The notes beneath the pieces were generated by a model. That model saw only the letters and a program-made list of their open reading frames with translations, ran no database searches and had not been told where the DNA came from. 64,000 bases of DNA. Origin: Candidatus Velthaea sp. (lineage in GTDB: Bacteria; Vulcanimicrobiota; Vulcanimicrobiia; Vulcanimicrobiales; Vulcanimicrobiaceae). Shown here in pieces: positions 29,148 through 39,132 of the stretch. The DNA is taken from the NCBI GenBank assembly GCA_965214935.1, contig CBDCCS010000022.1, positions 384,001-448,000 on the forward strand. Reading direction: 5' to 3'. Numbering within the stretch: position 1 is the stretch's first letter; the number at the start of each line of letters is the position of its first letter. The translations under genes were made by a program, and so were the position numbers.

Positions 29148-30169
29148 CGCACGGCTTCGAGCGCAGCATCGATCGTCGCGACGCGGCCGACGACCGCGCC
29201 GGCGTGGTTAAGCACGGTCGCGACGGAATGCGACTGCAACTCCGTCATTTGCGTGTCGTCGAGCGCATTCAACCGGTGCAAAAGCGCGATTGCCGCCGGA
29301 GGGACCGCGCGTTGCGCTCCGTCGATGACCTTGAGTACCAAACCAAGTCCGCTTTCGACCAGTGCCGTTGCGTGAACGGCTTCGGCACCGGCCTTGGCGA
29401 CGATACGTCCGTTTGCGCAGCGCATAAGGTCGGTGTCGAAGCGCGACGTGCCCGCAACGTACGCCGGTTCCCCGAGCATCGCTTGACGCACGCGCGCCAA
29501 AGCATCGGCGTCGGCCGGTTCAAGATCTTCGAGCGTTGCAAAACGCGCATACGATCGCGCCGCGTTTCGCAACGGCGTTGCATAGACCGGTACGCCGCAG
29601 CCATCGACGCCCAGAGTAGAGGATGTGAACGTATCGCCGCTGACCCGCTCGCATAGCGCAAGCACCGCGCGTTGCACGGGATGCGCGATCTCGAGATAAC
29701 CGTCGAACGGTACGCCGAGCACCCGTGCCAACGCCAGCATTCCGGCATGTTTGCCCGAGCAATTATTATGCACTGCGCTCGGCGTTTCACCGCGTTCGCT
29801 TAGGGCGGCCGCTGCCGGTGCATACATCGGCGCGTGCGTTCCACACCGCAGATCGGCGACCGTGGCTCCAATCTTCGCGAGAATTGACAGCACCGCCGTG
29901 ATATGAAACGGTTCGCCGTTATGCGAAGCCGACATGACCGCAAGTTCGCGCTCGTCAAAACCAAACCGCTCGATCGTTCCGGCTCGAACGCCGGCCGCCG
30001 CGATGAACGGTTTTGCCGACGAACGCAGATACACCGGTTCATCGATCGAACCGCAAGCGAAAATAACCGTACCGTTCGCGTCGCTGGCGCAAGCGGCAAC
30101 ATCATGCATGGATTCGATACGCCGTCCACGCGTCACACCGACCATCGGCACGCCCCAAAGCGCACTCAC
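29144..30169 (-). CDS. L-asparaginase II (Rhizobium-type)
   Basis: RSSAKP, ASHNG, NCSGKH, DGCG, KAGAEA. Confidence 0.85.
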   Translation of the reverse strand: MSALWGVPMVGVTRGRRIESMHDVAACASDANGTVIFACGSIDEPVYLRSSAKPFIAAAGVRAGTIERFGFDERELAVMSASHNGEPFHITAVLSILAKIGATVADLRCGTHAPMYAPAAAALSERGETPSAVHNNCSGKHAGMLALARVLGVPFDGYLEIAHPVQRAVLALCERVSGDTFTSSTLGVDGCGVPVYATPLRNAARSYARFATLEDLEPADADALARVRQAMLGEPAYVAGTSRFDTDLMRCANGRIVAKAGAEAVHATALVESGLGLVLKVIDGAQRAVPPAAIALLHRLNALDDTQMTELQSHSVATVLNHAGAVVGRVATIDAALEAVR

Positions 30170-30314
30170 GTACGAACGTCAGGCGGGCACTGCACGATGC
30201 AGCATTGTCGCAGCGGCAACGATTGCATGCTTTACCTTACCCGGCGAAAGACGAACGAACGTCATGCCGCCTGCACCGGCTAAGCGTCGCCGTTTCGCGC
30301 CCATCGGTCGTCGG

Positions 30315-31532
30315 TCAAATGATGCGGACGGTGTACGTGACGGTGCCGGAATTGATCGACGGTGCCGGTCCGATCGAACCGCCCAGCGACCAGCGAACGT
30401 TGGTAACGAGTGCATCGTATCCGGCGGCGGCACCGCCGCCTCCGCTCGTCGGTGTATAGGCGTAGGTCGTGCCGCCGTCATTCGAGTACGTCAGGCTCAA
30501 ACTAAGACCGGTGCCGCCCATCGAACCACCCGCGGTTCCAACTTTAAACCACGTATGCGCCGGAATCGGATCGGAGATCACCGGACTGTAGATGAGCGTA
30601 CCGCTCGCATTGGTAAAGGTGCTCGTATAGGCGAGGTCCGTACCGGGTGATTGCAATCCCGCCGGCACGACACCAAGTGCGACGCTCAACGTCGGCGTCG
30701 CGGTCGTCGGACAACTCGAATAATACGGATGCGCCGCCGGCAAGCTGGCTTGAAAGCCCCATTTGCAGGCTAGATACCCTTCGATGAACTGCTGTTCGGT
30801 CGTCGTAAGCGCAGCGTTATACATGAGCGTCTCATAAACGTTGCCGACCCAGTAGAAGCCGCCCCCGCCTTGTTTCTGCCCGAGATACAAGCTCGTCGAT
30901 GCGGTTGTTGCCGGAACGTAGTTGGCGCTCGTGAGGCTGCCGCCGTTGACGTTTACCGACGTCGCCGACGGTCCGAATTGTGCGTAGACGAGTGTCGGCG
31001 TCGATCCCCAGCTCGCGTTCGAAACAACGTCGTTTCCGCCGGCTAATGTTGCAAATGCAATAAGCGAGCCGCTCTTCTTGCGAATAGCACGGTCGTTCAA
31101 AGCAGTCGCTTGGCCATAATCCAAGAGCACCGAGGTTCCGTCCGTGGCGCCGCCCGAGTATGCGGCGACGATGAAGGTCGAACCCGGCGCGGAGCCCGTA
31201 GCGTACGTGTTCATCGTACTCGATGTGAGAAACGCGCTGCCGCTAAACGTCAGGGCTGCATGGCCGTTCACAGAGGCGGCGGACGGCTGGTTCGAGCTAC
31301 CGGCTTGGCTCAGCGTATTGCCCGAGCCGCTTTTATCCGTCCAATGCGCGACGGACGGCGAAGTTGAATACTGAATGGTCGAGGCGTCGCTTGCATCGTA
31401 CCAGGCGGTCAGATTTTTTACCGCGACCGGCGGTGTTGCCGCGGACGCAGTGCGAGCGAGAATCGCCGTCAGAACCAACCCAGACAACACGCGTGCGATG
31501 CGAGTGCCGACGCGCAGTCCAGCTGCATACAC
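30315..31532 (-). CDS. Secreted LamG/ConA-like plus DUF11-like protein
   Basis: Signal peptide (ASA-A); WYDASD...WTDKSG; C-terminal PGTDLAYT...ISDPIP...YSNDGG; start at GTG 31532 or 31598. Confidence 0.55.
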   Translation of the reverse strand: MYAAGLRVGTRIARVLSGLVLTAILARTASAATPPVAVKNLTAWYDASDASTIQYSTSPSVAHWTDKSGSGNTLSQAGSSNQPSAASVNGHAALTFSGSAFLTSSTMNTYATGSAPGSTFIVAAYSGGATDGTSVLLDYGQATALNDRAIRKKSGSLIAFATLAGGNDVVSNASWGSTPTLVYAQFGPSATSVNVNGGSLTSANYVPATTASTSLYLGQKQGGGGFYWVGNVYETLMYNAALTTTEQQFIEGYLACKWGFQASLPAAHPYYSSCPTTATPTLSVALGVVPAGLQSPGTDLAYTSTFTNASGTLIYSPVISDPIPAHTWFKVGTAGGSMGGTGLSLSLTYSNDGGTTYAYTPTSGGGGAAAGYDALVTNVRWSLGGSIGPAPSINSGTVTYTVRII

Positions 31533-31592
31533 AGTCGAAGCCACTGCCTGCCAATCGGACTTCGACGCAAAATACTTAGCCACGCCGACCGC

Positions 31593-31631
31593 TTGCACGG
31601 GTGCACCTTTTGTATTATGCTCCTAATACAA
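31593..31631 (+). promoter_or_regulatory. Promoter with YtrA-type GntR operator
   Basis: TTGCAC, N17, TATGCT; perfect inverted repeat TTGTATTA-N6-TAATACAA (31610-31631) ending at the ATG. Confidence 0.7.
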
Positions 31632-32431
31632 TGCCGCCCGATGCATTGCTTCGCTGGTTTATCGTCCTCTATCTTGCGAGCATCGCCGTGGTTCGGATCG
31701 GTTTTCGACGGCAGCTCGGAAACGCGACGTCGGCGGTGCAGCGTTTTTGGTGCAGCGACGATCCGCTCGGCGAGCGTCTAAGCGCGGCCCTCGCGCGCCG
31801 GCTCCGCGCCGGTGATTCGTCCGACCGCGCATGCATCATCACCGGAAGTGCTGCGCTCGTCCTTGCGGGCACGTGCGCGTGGACACCGCTTGCCGCGAGT
31901 CTTGCATACGCTTTTGATTGCACGATCGTCGTTGCCGTAATGTGGATGAACGGCAAAACGATACGGGCCGACGGTCCGCGCTCGGCACCGCTGTCGAACC
32001 GACGCGCGATGCCGACCATCCCGTATGCTCTGCTCGCCGTCGCCGCAATCGCAGCGTTGTCGCTTGTCGCGTTCGGTCTGCGGCAAACAACCGATGCTCT
32101 TGCCGTCCTGGCCGTCATTGTCGCCGTCGGATTGAGTGTCGGCTGTGCCGCAAGCTTGGCTGCATCGCCGACATATTTGCCGGGCGAAGATCTCGACGCA
32201 GAAATGATCGTCGACCGGCGCTTGCGTTTCTTTCGCGCCGGGAGCGCCTTCATAACGGCGGTGGCGCCGCTGTTCGTTTTCGCTTCGTTTTCCGGCTACT
32301 CGCTATCGACGGCACGCTTCGCCAGTTGGCTGCTGTGCGCAGCGGTGACCATCGTTATCATCGGTTGGTTTTTCGTTACGTGTAAGCGCTTGGAGTTAAG
32401 TAGCACGGAACGCATTGCACTGAGCCGGTGA
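31631..32431 (+). CDS. Hypothetical integral membrane protein
   Basis: About 7 hydrophobic segments; GTGA overlap with the gntR gene. Confidence 0.65.
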   Translation: MPPDALLRWFIVLYLASIAVVRIGFRRQLGNATSAVQRFWCSDDPLGERLSAALARRLRAGDSSDRACIITGSAALVLAGTCAWTPLAASLAYAFDCTIVVAVMWMNGKTIRADGPRSAPLSNRRAMPTIPYALLAVAAIAALSLVAFGLRQTTDALAVLAVIVAVGLSVGCAASLAASPTYLPGEDLDAEMIVDRRLRFFRAGSAFITAVAPLFVFASFSGYSLSTARFASWLLCAAVTIVIIGWFFVTCKRLELSSTERIALSR

Positions 32432-32826
32432 CGAACGCATATGTCGTTGTCGATCCGGCACTCCCGGTCGCGCCGAGTTTGCAAATTTACGAACAGATCG
32501 TTGCAGCGATTCAAAGCGGCATGATTGCAACCGGTGCACTGCTGCCCCCGGTTCGCCAACTTGCGGGCGATCTCAATGTTGCGGCCAACACCGTAGCAAA
32601 GGCGTACACGCTTTTACAAGACGCAGGCTGGGCGGCGGGCGACGGCCGGCGCGGAACGCGCGTCGCACACCGACTGCCGACCGCCGATAGTACGGTACGC
32701 CGCGCCATTTTACACCAGACCGTTGCACGCTGCGTCGCGACGCTCGCGCATCGCGGTTACTCGCTGCACGAAATTGCCGACGAGCTCAGCCGTTACACGG
32801 TCGGCGCGGAGTCATCGCATACGTAA
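32428..32826 (+). CDS. GntR family regulator (YtrA subfamily)
   Basis: IYEQI...LPPVRQLA...NTVAKAY; short C-terminal domain. Confidence 0.85.
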   Translation: MTNAYVVVDPALPVAPSLQIYEQIVAAIQSGMIATGALLPPVRQLAGDLNVAANTVAKAYTLLQDAGWAAGDGRRGTRVAHRLPTADSTVRRAILHQTVARCVATLAHRGYSLHEIADELSRYTVGAESSHT

Positions 32827-32993
32827 ACCGGTTAACTGCCGACGGCGACGATCTAAGTTCCTCGAAAGCTCGTGCACGAACTCCTCGTAGTTCATCGGCC
32901 GCCGGTTACACTTACCCGTCGCCGGCTAGACGGCTCGGCGGTCGAACACGAAGACTCGCGCGAGCCTAATGCAACGCGGCCGGAACGCCGGCG

Positions 32994-33956
32994 CTACGCC
33001 AGTGCCGGCTCGAAGACGTTGCTTTCTTGCTCGGCAAACAGCGGACTCGACAGGTAGCGCTCCCCGGTATCGCAACCGATGACGACGATCGTTTTCCCCG
33101 CCGCTTCCGGACGCGCGGCGACTTGCAGTGCCGCCCAAACATTCGAGCCGGCCGAAATACCGACCAGAATGCCTTCTTCGCGAGCTAAGCGACGCGACGT
33201 TGCAATCGAGTCGTCGAACGACGCCTGTAGCACTTCGCTATAAACGCTCGTATCGAGGATCGACGGAATGAAGCCCGGCGCGAAACCTTGCAATTTGTGC
33301 GGACCCGCAGCGCCGCCCGATAGCAAGGTCGACGTATCGGGCTCGACGGTAATGATGGTGACGCCCGGTTTGCGCTCTCGGAGCACCTGGCCGACGCCCG
33401 TCACCGTGCCGCCCGTACCGACACCCGCGATGAAGTAGTCGACTTGGCCGTCGGTATCACGCCAGATTTCTTCGGCCGTCGTACGCCGGTGAATCTCCGG
33501 ATTCGCCGGGTTATCGAACTGTTGCGGCATGAAGTACTTGCCGGGGTCGGTATCGTGAATCTGCTTCGCGCGCGCGATCGCGCCTTTCATTCCCTCGGCT
33601 CCGGGCGTAAGCACGAGTTGCGCGCCATACGCTTTGAGCAGGTTGCGCCGCTCGATCGTCATCGTTTCGGGCATCGTGAGAATAAGCGGATAGCCTTTGG
33701 CGGCGGCAACGAACGCTAGCGCAATACCGGTATTGCCCGACGTCGGTTCAACGATGACGGTGTCGGGCCGCAGACGGCCGTCGCGTTCGGCCGCTTCGAT
33801 CATCGCGACACCGATGCGATCCTTGACGCTGCCGGCCGGGTTGAACGATTCGAGCTTCACCAAGATCCGGCCACCCAGGCCGGCGTTCATTCGCGGAATG
33901 CGCACGAGCGGCGTATTGCCGAACGTGTCGATAATCGAGTCATAAATTCGGGCCAC
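32994..33956 (-). CDS. cysK: Cysteine synthase A
   Basis: [36 protein letters not shown]. Confidence 0.95.
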   Translation of the reverse strand: MARIYDSIIDTFGNTPLVRIPRMNAGLGGRILVKLESFNPAGSVKDRIGVAMIEAAERDGRLRPDTVIVEPTSGNTGIALAFVAAAKGYPLILTMPETMTIERRNLLKAYGAQLVLTPGAEGMKGAIARAKQIHDTDPGKYFMPQQFDNPANPEIHRRTTAEEIWRDTDGQVDYFIAGVGTGGTVTGVGQVLRERKPGVTIITVEPDTSTLLSGGAAGPHKLQGFAPGFIPSILDTSVYSEVLQASFDDSIATSRRLAREEGILVGISAGSNVWAALQVAARPEAAGKTIVVIGCDTGERYLSSPLFAEQESNVFEPALA

Positions 33957-34076
33957 GTTAATCTCCTAATTGAGCGGGATGTTCGGTGCGTATGGCGGAG
34001 CGTCGGCGTGGCATCGACATCGCTTCATGATAAAGTCAACCGTACCCATCTAGCGAAGGGTGCAGGCCGTCGATCT

Positions 34077-34090
34077 CGAACGCACGTTCG
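34077..34090. promoter_or_regulatory. LexA (SOS/Cheo) box
   Basis: CGAACGCACGTTCG matches CGAACRNRYGTTCG; 7 nt before ATG 34098. Confidence 0.8.
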
Positions 34091-34097
34091 GCCCGCC

Positions 34098-35117
34098 ATG
34101 TTTACCCTCGCCGGAAAGTCGCTCTATGTCGCGGCGCTCGACCTGTGGCTCGATTCAATGCGTACCCGCTCGCGGTGTTACGTTTCGCACGGTCATAGCG
34201 ACCATGCCCGGATTCACGAAACGATCGTCACGACGCCGCACAACGCCGAAGTCTGTAAATTGCGGCTCGGCACCAAAGGCCGGCCGAAGCGTCAGCAAAC
34301 ACTTCTACCGCAGCCGGACGCCTTCGAGATCAGCTACGAAACCTACGATTACAACGAGTCGTGGCGCGAAGGCGATCATCGCCTGACCATGTTTTCCGCC
34401 GGACACGTGCTGGGCAGCGCGCAGCTCATGATCGAAGGCGCCGCGGGCAGCTTCGTCTATACCGGAGATTTCAAACTCGGACGGACATATACGTGCGAGC
34501 CGGCCGAAGTAAAGCGTTGCGACGTCGTGCTCATGGAGTGCACCTACGGACGTCCGCAATACGTCTTTCCGCCGCGCGACGAAGTCGAAGATGCCATGAT
34601 CGACTTTGCGCTCAAGGCACTCGAAGATGGTTGCGCGCCGGTGTTTTACGCCTATTCGTTAGGCAAGGCGCAAGAGGCGATGGCAATTTTAGGCAAAGCC
34701 GCCGTTCCGCTTACCGCCCATGGCGCGGTTCATTCGATGGCGCGGGTGTATGAGTCGTGCGGCGTAAAATTGCCGCCGTACGCGAAATACGATGCCGAAA
34801 CGTACGACGGACTCAGCGCGCTGATTTGGCCACCGAGCGGCAAATCGCTGCCGGTTGCGCTGCGCGGAAAACCCACGCGCAGCGCCGTGCTCACCGGCTG
34901 GGCCCTCAATCGCGGCGCGACGTATCAATACGGCTCCGATGCAGCGTTTGCGCTGAGCGACCACGCCGATTTTCCCGCACTGCTGCGCTACCTGGAATTA
35001 GCTCAGCCCAAAAAGGTGTTACTCAATCATGGCTGGCGGGATTTTGTCTGGCGGCTGCGACGCATGGGATTCGACGCAGAGTATCTCGAGGAGCACCAGC
35101 AGCTCGCCCTATTTTAA
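34098..35117 (+). CDS. MBL/beta-CASP exonuclease (ligase-associated DNA damage response type)
   Basis: SHGHSDH, AGHVLGS, YTGDF, ECTYG, YSLGKAQE, LSDHAD. Confidence 0.85.
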   Translation: MFTLAGKSLYVAALDLWLDSMRTRSRCYVSHGHSDHARIHETIVTTPHNAEVCKLRLGTKGRPKRQQTLLPQPDAFEISYETYDYNESWREGDHRLTMFSAGHVLGSAQLMIEGAAGSFVYTGDFKLGRTYTCEPAEVKRCDVVLMECTYGRPQYVFPPRDEVEDAMIDFALKALEDGCAPVFYAYSLGKAQEAMAILGKAAVPLTAHGAVHSMARVYESCGVKLPPYAKYDAETYDGLSALIWPPSGKSLPVALRGKPTRSAVLTGWALNRGATYQYGSDAAFALSDHADFPALLRYLELAQPKKVLLNHGWRDFVWRLRRMGFDAEYLEEHQQLALF

Positions 35118-35122
35118 TGTCG

Positions 35123-35401
35123 TCAATCGGTGCCGATATCCCAAACGAGGCCTAAATCACGCTTGGCAAAAGCGCGAAACGCGATAAGCGTTTCGGTGCT
35201 CAGCACGCCTTCGCGCGAGCCGATCATGTCGGTCACTAAATCGCTGAGCTCTTCGTGCGCGCGCACGCGTGCGATCGCAACTAGATCGTACGGTCCGGCG
35301 ACGCTATACACTTCGGTGACACCGTCGATTGCAAGGAGTGACTCGGCCAGACGTTTTACCTCGCCCGGCGCGACCGTCATGAGGACCAGCGCGGTTATCA
35401 C
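35123..35401 (-). CDS. Stand-alone Lrp/AsnC ligand-binding domain protein
   Basis: GVTEVYSVAGPYDLVAI...TETLI; GTG start. Confidence 0.75.
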   Translation of the reverse strand: MITALVLMTVAPGEVKRLAESLLAIDGVTEVYSVAGPYDLVAIARVRAHEELSDLVTDMIGSREGVLSTETLIAFRAFAKRDLGLVWDIGTD

Positions 35402-35455
35402 ACCGCGGGCTACCGTCCCCGGCAGGCGAGTACCTGTGCGGCTCGCGCGTAGCCG

Positions 35456-37132
35456 GTGATCGCCTTCGCGCAAACCTGCGCAAGCATCGCCCGGACGTCC
35501 GGCAAGCTCGACAAGATCGCGCTGGTCGCGGGTTATCTCGCCGGCCTCGGCGATGCCGATCTCGCCGCAGCGGCACGCTATTTTAGCGGTAATCCGTTCG
35601 CTCAACGGGAGGAGCGGACACTGGCAATCGGTGGCCGGACGCTCGTTTGTGCGGCCAAAGCCGTCTGGGGAATCGATGATGCGGCACTAGCGGCCGGCTA
35701 CGCCGCGACCGGCGATCTCGGCGCGGCGCTCGGACCGCTGCTGCGCCCCGCTGCCGATTTGGGACTGTTTCGTGAGCCGCTGACACCGGCTTCGCTCAAA
35801 ACGGTTCTCGATGAAATTGCCGACGCGTCGGGAAAGAACGCCGGACGCAAACGCCAGTTTCTTGCCGAGCGCATCTTGGGTGCTTGCACCGATGCAATCG
35901 AAGCAACGTATGTAACGAAGATCATGACCGGCGATCTGCGCATCGGACTGCGCGAGGGTCTCGTCGTCGATGCAATCGCAGCAGCGTTCGGCCGCGATCT
36001 CATGAGGGTGCGCCGTGCAGCAAGCGCCGCTGGCGATGTCGGCGAAGTCGCCGTCGCAGCCAAGCACGACACGCTCGACGCCGTATCGCTTACCTATCAC
36101 TCACCGTTGAGTTTCATGCTGGCGTCGCCGATTGCATTCGGCTCGGAATATAAAGACCTTCGTTCGGGCACGTGGCTCGTCGAGGATAAATACGACGGCG
36201 TGCGCATTCAGGCACACGTTACGCCCGAGCGCATTGCGCTTTTCTCGCGCACGCTCAACGACGTCGCGCCGGCGTTTCCGGAGATCACGGCGGCCCTGCG
36301 GCATGTGAGCGGGAGTTGCATCATCGACGGTGAGATCGTCGCACAACGGGACGGCCGGATTTTGCCGTTTCGGTATTTGCAAGCACGTTTGCAGCGCAAA
36401 TCGGTGGCGGCCGAATTGCTCGAAGACGTCCCGGTGAGCTTCATTGTTTTCGACGTGTTGGCGCGCGGCGACGAAGTGTTGCTCGATCGTGAACTCGTCG
36501 AGCGGCGCGGACTGCTCGCGGAACTGGCCGCCGACCTGCACGAACCGGTCAGCGCCGCACCCTGGACGGCGCTGCAAAGCGGAACGCTGCCCGACCTCGT
36601 TAACGTGCGCTTCGAGACGGCGCGCAACGCCGGTAACGAAGGCTTGATTTTCAAGCGGACCGATTCGCCGTACGCCGCCGGGCGGCGCGGCAAGTGGTGG
36701 CTCAAACTCAAACGCGAATTGTCAACGCTCGATGTGGTGGTCGTCGCCGTCGAATGGGGTCACGGTAAACGCGCGCGTGTTTTGTCCGATTACACGTTCG
36801 CCGTTCGCGGACCCGGCGGCGTGTTGCGCACGATCGGCAAAGCTTACTCGGGATTGACCGACGCGGAAATTGCCGAGCTGACGCCACGGTTTCTCGAGCA
36901 TCAGACCGGTCGAGCCGGTCATGCGCTCAAAGTCGAACCGCAGGTCGTCTTAGAAATTGCGTTCGACATCATTGCGCCGAGCACATTACATGCATCCGGG
37001 TTCGCCTTGCGGTTCCCGCGCATCGTTCGTTTGCGTCCGGATAAGCTTCCAGCCGAGATCGATACGCTCGAGCGCGTCAATGAAATCTACCGCGAGATGC
37101 TGGCCCGCGAAGGCGTTGGAGATGCGACCTGA
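35456..37132 (+). CDS. ATP-dependent DNA ligase
   Basis: EDKYDGVR, IDGE, FDVL, EGLIFK, WLKLK, LRFPR. Confidence 0.93.
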   Translation: MIAFAQTCASIARTSGKLDKIALVAGYLAGLGDADLAAAARYFSGNPFAQREERTLAIGGRTLVCAAKAVWGIDDAALAAGYAATGDLGAALGPLLRPAADLGLFREPLTPASLKTVLDEIADASGKNAGRKRQFLAERILGACTDAIEATYVTKIMTGDLRIGLREGLVVDAIAAAFGRDLMRVRRAASAAGDVGEVAVAAKHDTLDAVSLTYHSPLSFMLASPIAFGSEYKDLRSGTWLVEDKYDGVRIQAHVTPERIALFSRTLNDVAPAFPEITAALRHVSGSCIIDGEIVAQRDGRILPFRYLQARLQRKSVAAELLEDVPVSFIVFDVLARGDEVLLDRELVERRGLLAELAADLHEPVSAAPWTALQSGTLPDLVNVRFETARNAGNEGLIFKRTDSPYAAGRRGKWWLKLKRELSTLDVVVVAVEWGHGKRARVLSDYTFAVRGPGGVLRTIGKAYSGLTDAEIAELTPRFLEHQTGRAGHALKVEPQVVLEIAFDIIAPSTLHASGFALRFPRIVRLRPDKLPAEIDTLERVNEIYREMLAREGVGDAT

Positions 37133-37141
37133 GCCGGGCGC

Positions 37142-37399
37142 TTAGCGGCGCCGAAGGCGGTTGGCGCGAGCGGTACGAATCCGGTCGATACGCGCTTGCG
37201 TCGCATCGACGCTGGGCGATCGGCCGACAGCGGAATGACCGCGTACCCGCCACACCAGCAGCAACACCATAATGCCGATTGCGCCGCCGGCGCAAAGAAT
37301 CCGAACGCGCGCACCCCACGGCAGCAAGGCGCCCGAAACAAGAAACGACGCACAAATGACGAGAACGTTTTGCGCCCGGCGCATCGGTGCGGGCACCAT
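37142..37399 (-). CDS. Small hypothetical membrane protein
   Basis: Two hydrophobic helices and a basic tail. Confidence 0.45.
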   Translation of the reverse strand: MVPAPMRRAQNVLVICASFLVSGALLPWGARVRILCAGGAIGIMVLLLVWRVRGHSAVGRSPSVDATQARIDRIRTARANRLRRR

Positions 37400-37410
37400 C
37401 TGTGCGGTTT

Positions 37411-37779
37411 TTAGTCGTCGTCGGTTTCGTGCAGATGCAGGTGGCAGCCGTCTTCGGCGTCGTCGAGCACTTCGCGCGCTTCGGCAAGCACGCTAGCCGG
37501 TAATGTGACCGTGCGGTCGACCGAACCGCGCTCGGCTAAAAACTCCGCCTCGTCCCAATCTTCCCATGTCTCGAGCGGCTCGCCGTCGACTTCGGCCGGA
37601 AAACGCACGCAATACCCTTGCTCGATATGCAACCCGACGACGAACACTGCGGTACCGCGCGGAAAATACGTCCCGTCTTTCCATAATGTTCCATACGTGG
37701 TCTCGTAATGCTGTCCGATTTTTATCGCTTCGATGGCTCCGTCTCTCCGAATCGGAAGTCGTGCGGAATCGCGCATCAT
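37411..37779 (-). CDS. Hypothetical acidic protein
   Basis: Plausible composition; C-terminal CHLHLH. Confidence 0.55.
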   Translation of the reverse strand: MMRDSARLPIRRDGAIEAIKIGQHYETTYGTLWKDGTYFPRGTAVFVVGLHIEQGYCVRFPAEVDGEPLETWEDWDEAEFLAERGSVDRTVTLPASVLAEAREVLDDAEDGCHLHLHETDDD

Positions 37780-37810
37780 TCAGCGCTTTGCCGTCGTATT
37801 CCCATCGGCA

Positions 37811-38371
37811 ATGAATCAACATGCCGGCAAGTGGCGCGTCTTATCGTCGTCGTACCCGATCAGCACACCGTTTCTGCGCTTACGCAGCGATGTGATCGAG
37901 CTTCCCGGCGGCGAAATCATTCGTGACTATTACGTGCGCGAATCGAACGGCTTCGCCGTCATGTTCGCGCTTACGTCCGACGATCGCGTTGTTTTAGTGC
38001 GCCAATATAAGCATGGCGCCGGCATCAGCGTATTGGAATTACCGGCCGGTGCAATCGATGCGGGCGAAACCGCCGCCGCCTGCGCTCGACGCGAACTCGC
38101 CGAAGAGACCGGTCATATCGGCGACGAGCCGGAACGCATCGGCTCGTATCTCGCCGACCCGACGAATTCGGACGCGTCGTTTCATCTGTACTTGATCCGT
38201 AACGCCGAACTGCGCGTTGCGCAAAAGCTCGATCGAACCGAAGACATCAGCGTCGAATATGCCACGCCGCTCGAGTTGCGCGCGATGGTTCGTGACGGAC
38301 GCATCAACACCGGTTCGCAAGTCGCTTGCGTGTATGTTGCGCTCGAGCATCTCGGTCTGCTTGGGCGCTAA
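37811..38371 (+). CDS. NUDIX hydrolase (ADP-ribose pyrophosphatase-like)
   Basis: LVRQY, ELPAGAIDAGE...ARRELAEETG Nudix box. Confidence 0.9.
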   Translation: MNQHAGKWRVLSSSYPISTPFLRLRSDVIELPGGEIIRDYYVRESNGFAVMFALTSDDRVVLVRQYKHGAGISVLELPAGAIDAGETAAACARRELAEETGHIGDEPERIGSYLADPTNSDASFHLYLIRNAELRVAQKLDRTEDISVEYATPLELRAMVRDGRINTGSQVACVYVALEHLGLLGR

Positions 38372-39132
38372 CCCGGGCCTAAACGGCGCCGGATAAAGCC
38401 CCGCGCCGGCCGCGCGACCGGCGCGCGTAATGCGCCGCGCAGCGCCGACAGCGTTCCGAACGGAAACACTAAGTCGCTCGTCGCCGCAACAACGTGCAAG
38501 TCACTGCGGCGGACGTTCCAAGGCGCGAGGGCGGCTATGCAATCGTCGGATAAAACGTCGAGACCGGTCGAATAGGGTGTGAGCGCCGGCACGACCACGA
38601 TCCGTTCGGCGGCGATAAACGCCGGCGTCGAAGCTCCGCCGCCCAAATGCAAACTCGGATGCAAGTGACCGATCACCGTTCGCGCGCGCACCGGCGGCGG
38701 CTTATCGCCGTGCATGAGCAGCCAGCCGTCGCGTTCGCACTGCTCGACGGTCGTGCCGAGAATTGCCGCGCCGCGCGAACGCCCTTCATGATTGCCTGCA
38801 ATAAACGTCAGCGCCGCCGTCGTCCGCAATGCTGCAAGCGCTGCGCGCACCGCGCGCCCCGCACCCTCGCTCATACCGGCGCCATGAATGACGTCGCCCA
38901 GGAAAACGATCTCGGTTGCGGCCCGGCGTTGCGCGGCGATCGAGATCGTCGTCGCCATTTCGATCGTACTCCAAAGCGGCAGAGCCGCACCGCCGCCCAT
39001 AACGTCTTCGTAACCGAAATGGGCATCGGCGACGAGCAGCACGCGCGACCCGGTCAAAAAAGCAAAGCCGCCGGGCAAGGCGATGATGCCGTTTGCAAGC
39101 GGATGCTCGGCGCGCGCGGGCTGCGGTTTCAC
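38368..39132 (-). CDS. pdeM: Ligase-associated metallophosphoesterase/endonuclease
   Basis: ADAHFG, LGDVIH, GNHE, HGD, GHLHP; coupled to the Lhr gene. Confidence 0.8.
   Translation of the reverse strand: MKPQPARAEHPLANGIIALPGGFAFLTGSRVLLVADAHFGYEDVMGGGAALPLWSTIEMATTISIAAQRRAATEIVFLGDVIHGAGMSEGAGRAVRAALAALRTTAALTFIAGNHEGRSRGAAILGTTVEQCERDGWLLMHGDKPPPVRARTVIGHLHPSLHLGGGASTPAFIAAERIVVVPALTPYSTGLDVLSDDCIAALAPWNVRRSDLHVVAATSDLVFPFGTLSALRGALRAPVARPARGFIRRRLGPG

Noticed and set aside
35427..35440. Third LexA box upstream of the ligase (CGAGTACCTGTGCG)
   Set aside because: Three mismatches to the core motif; compatible with chance
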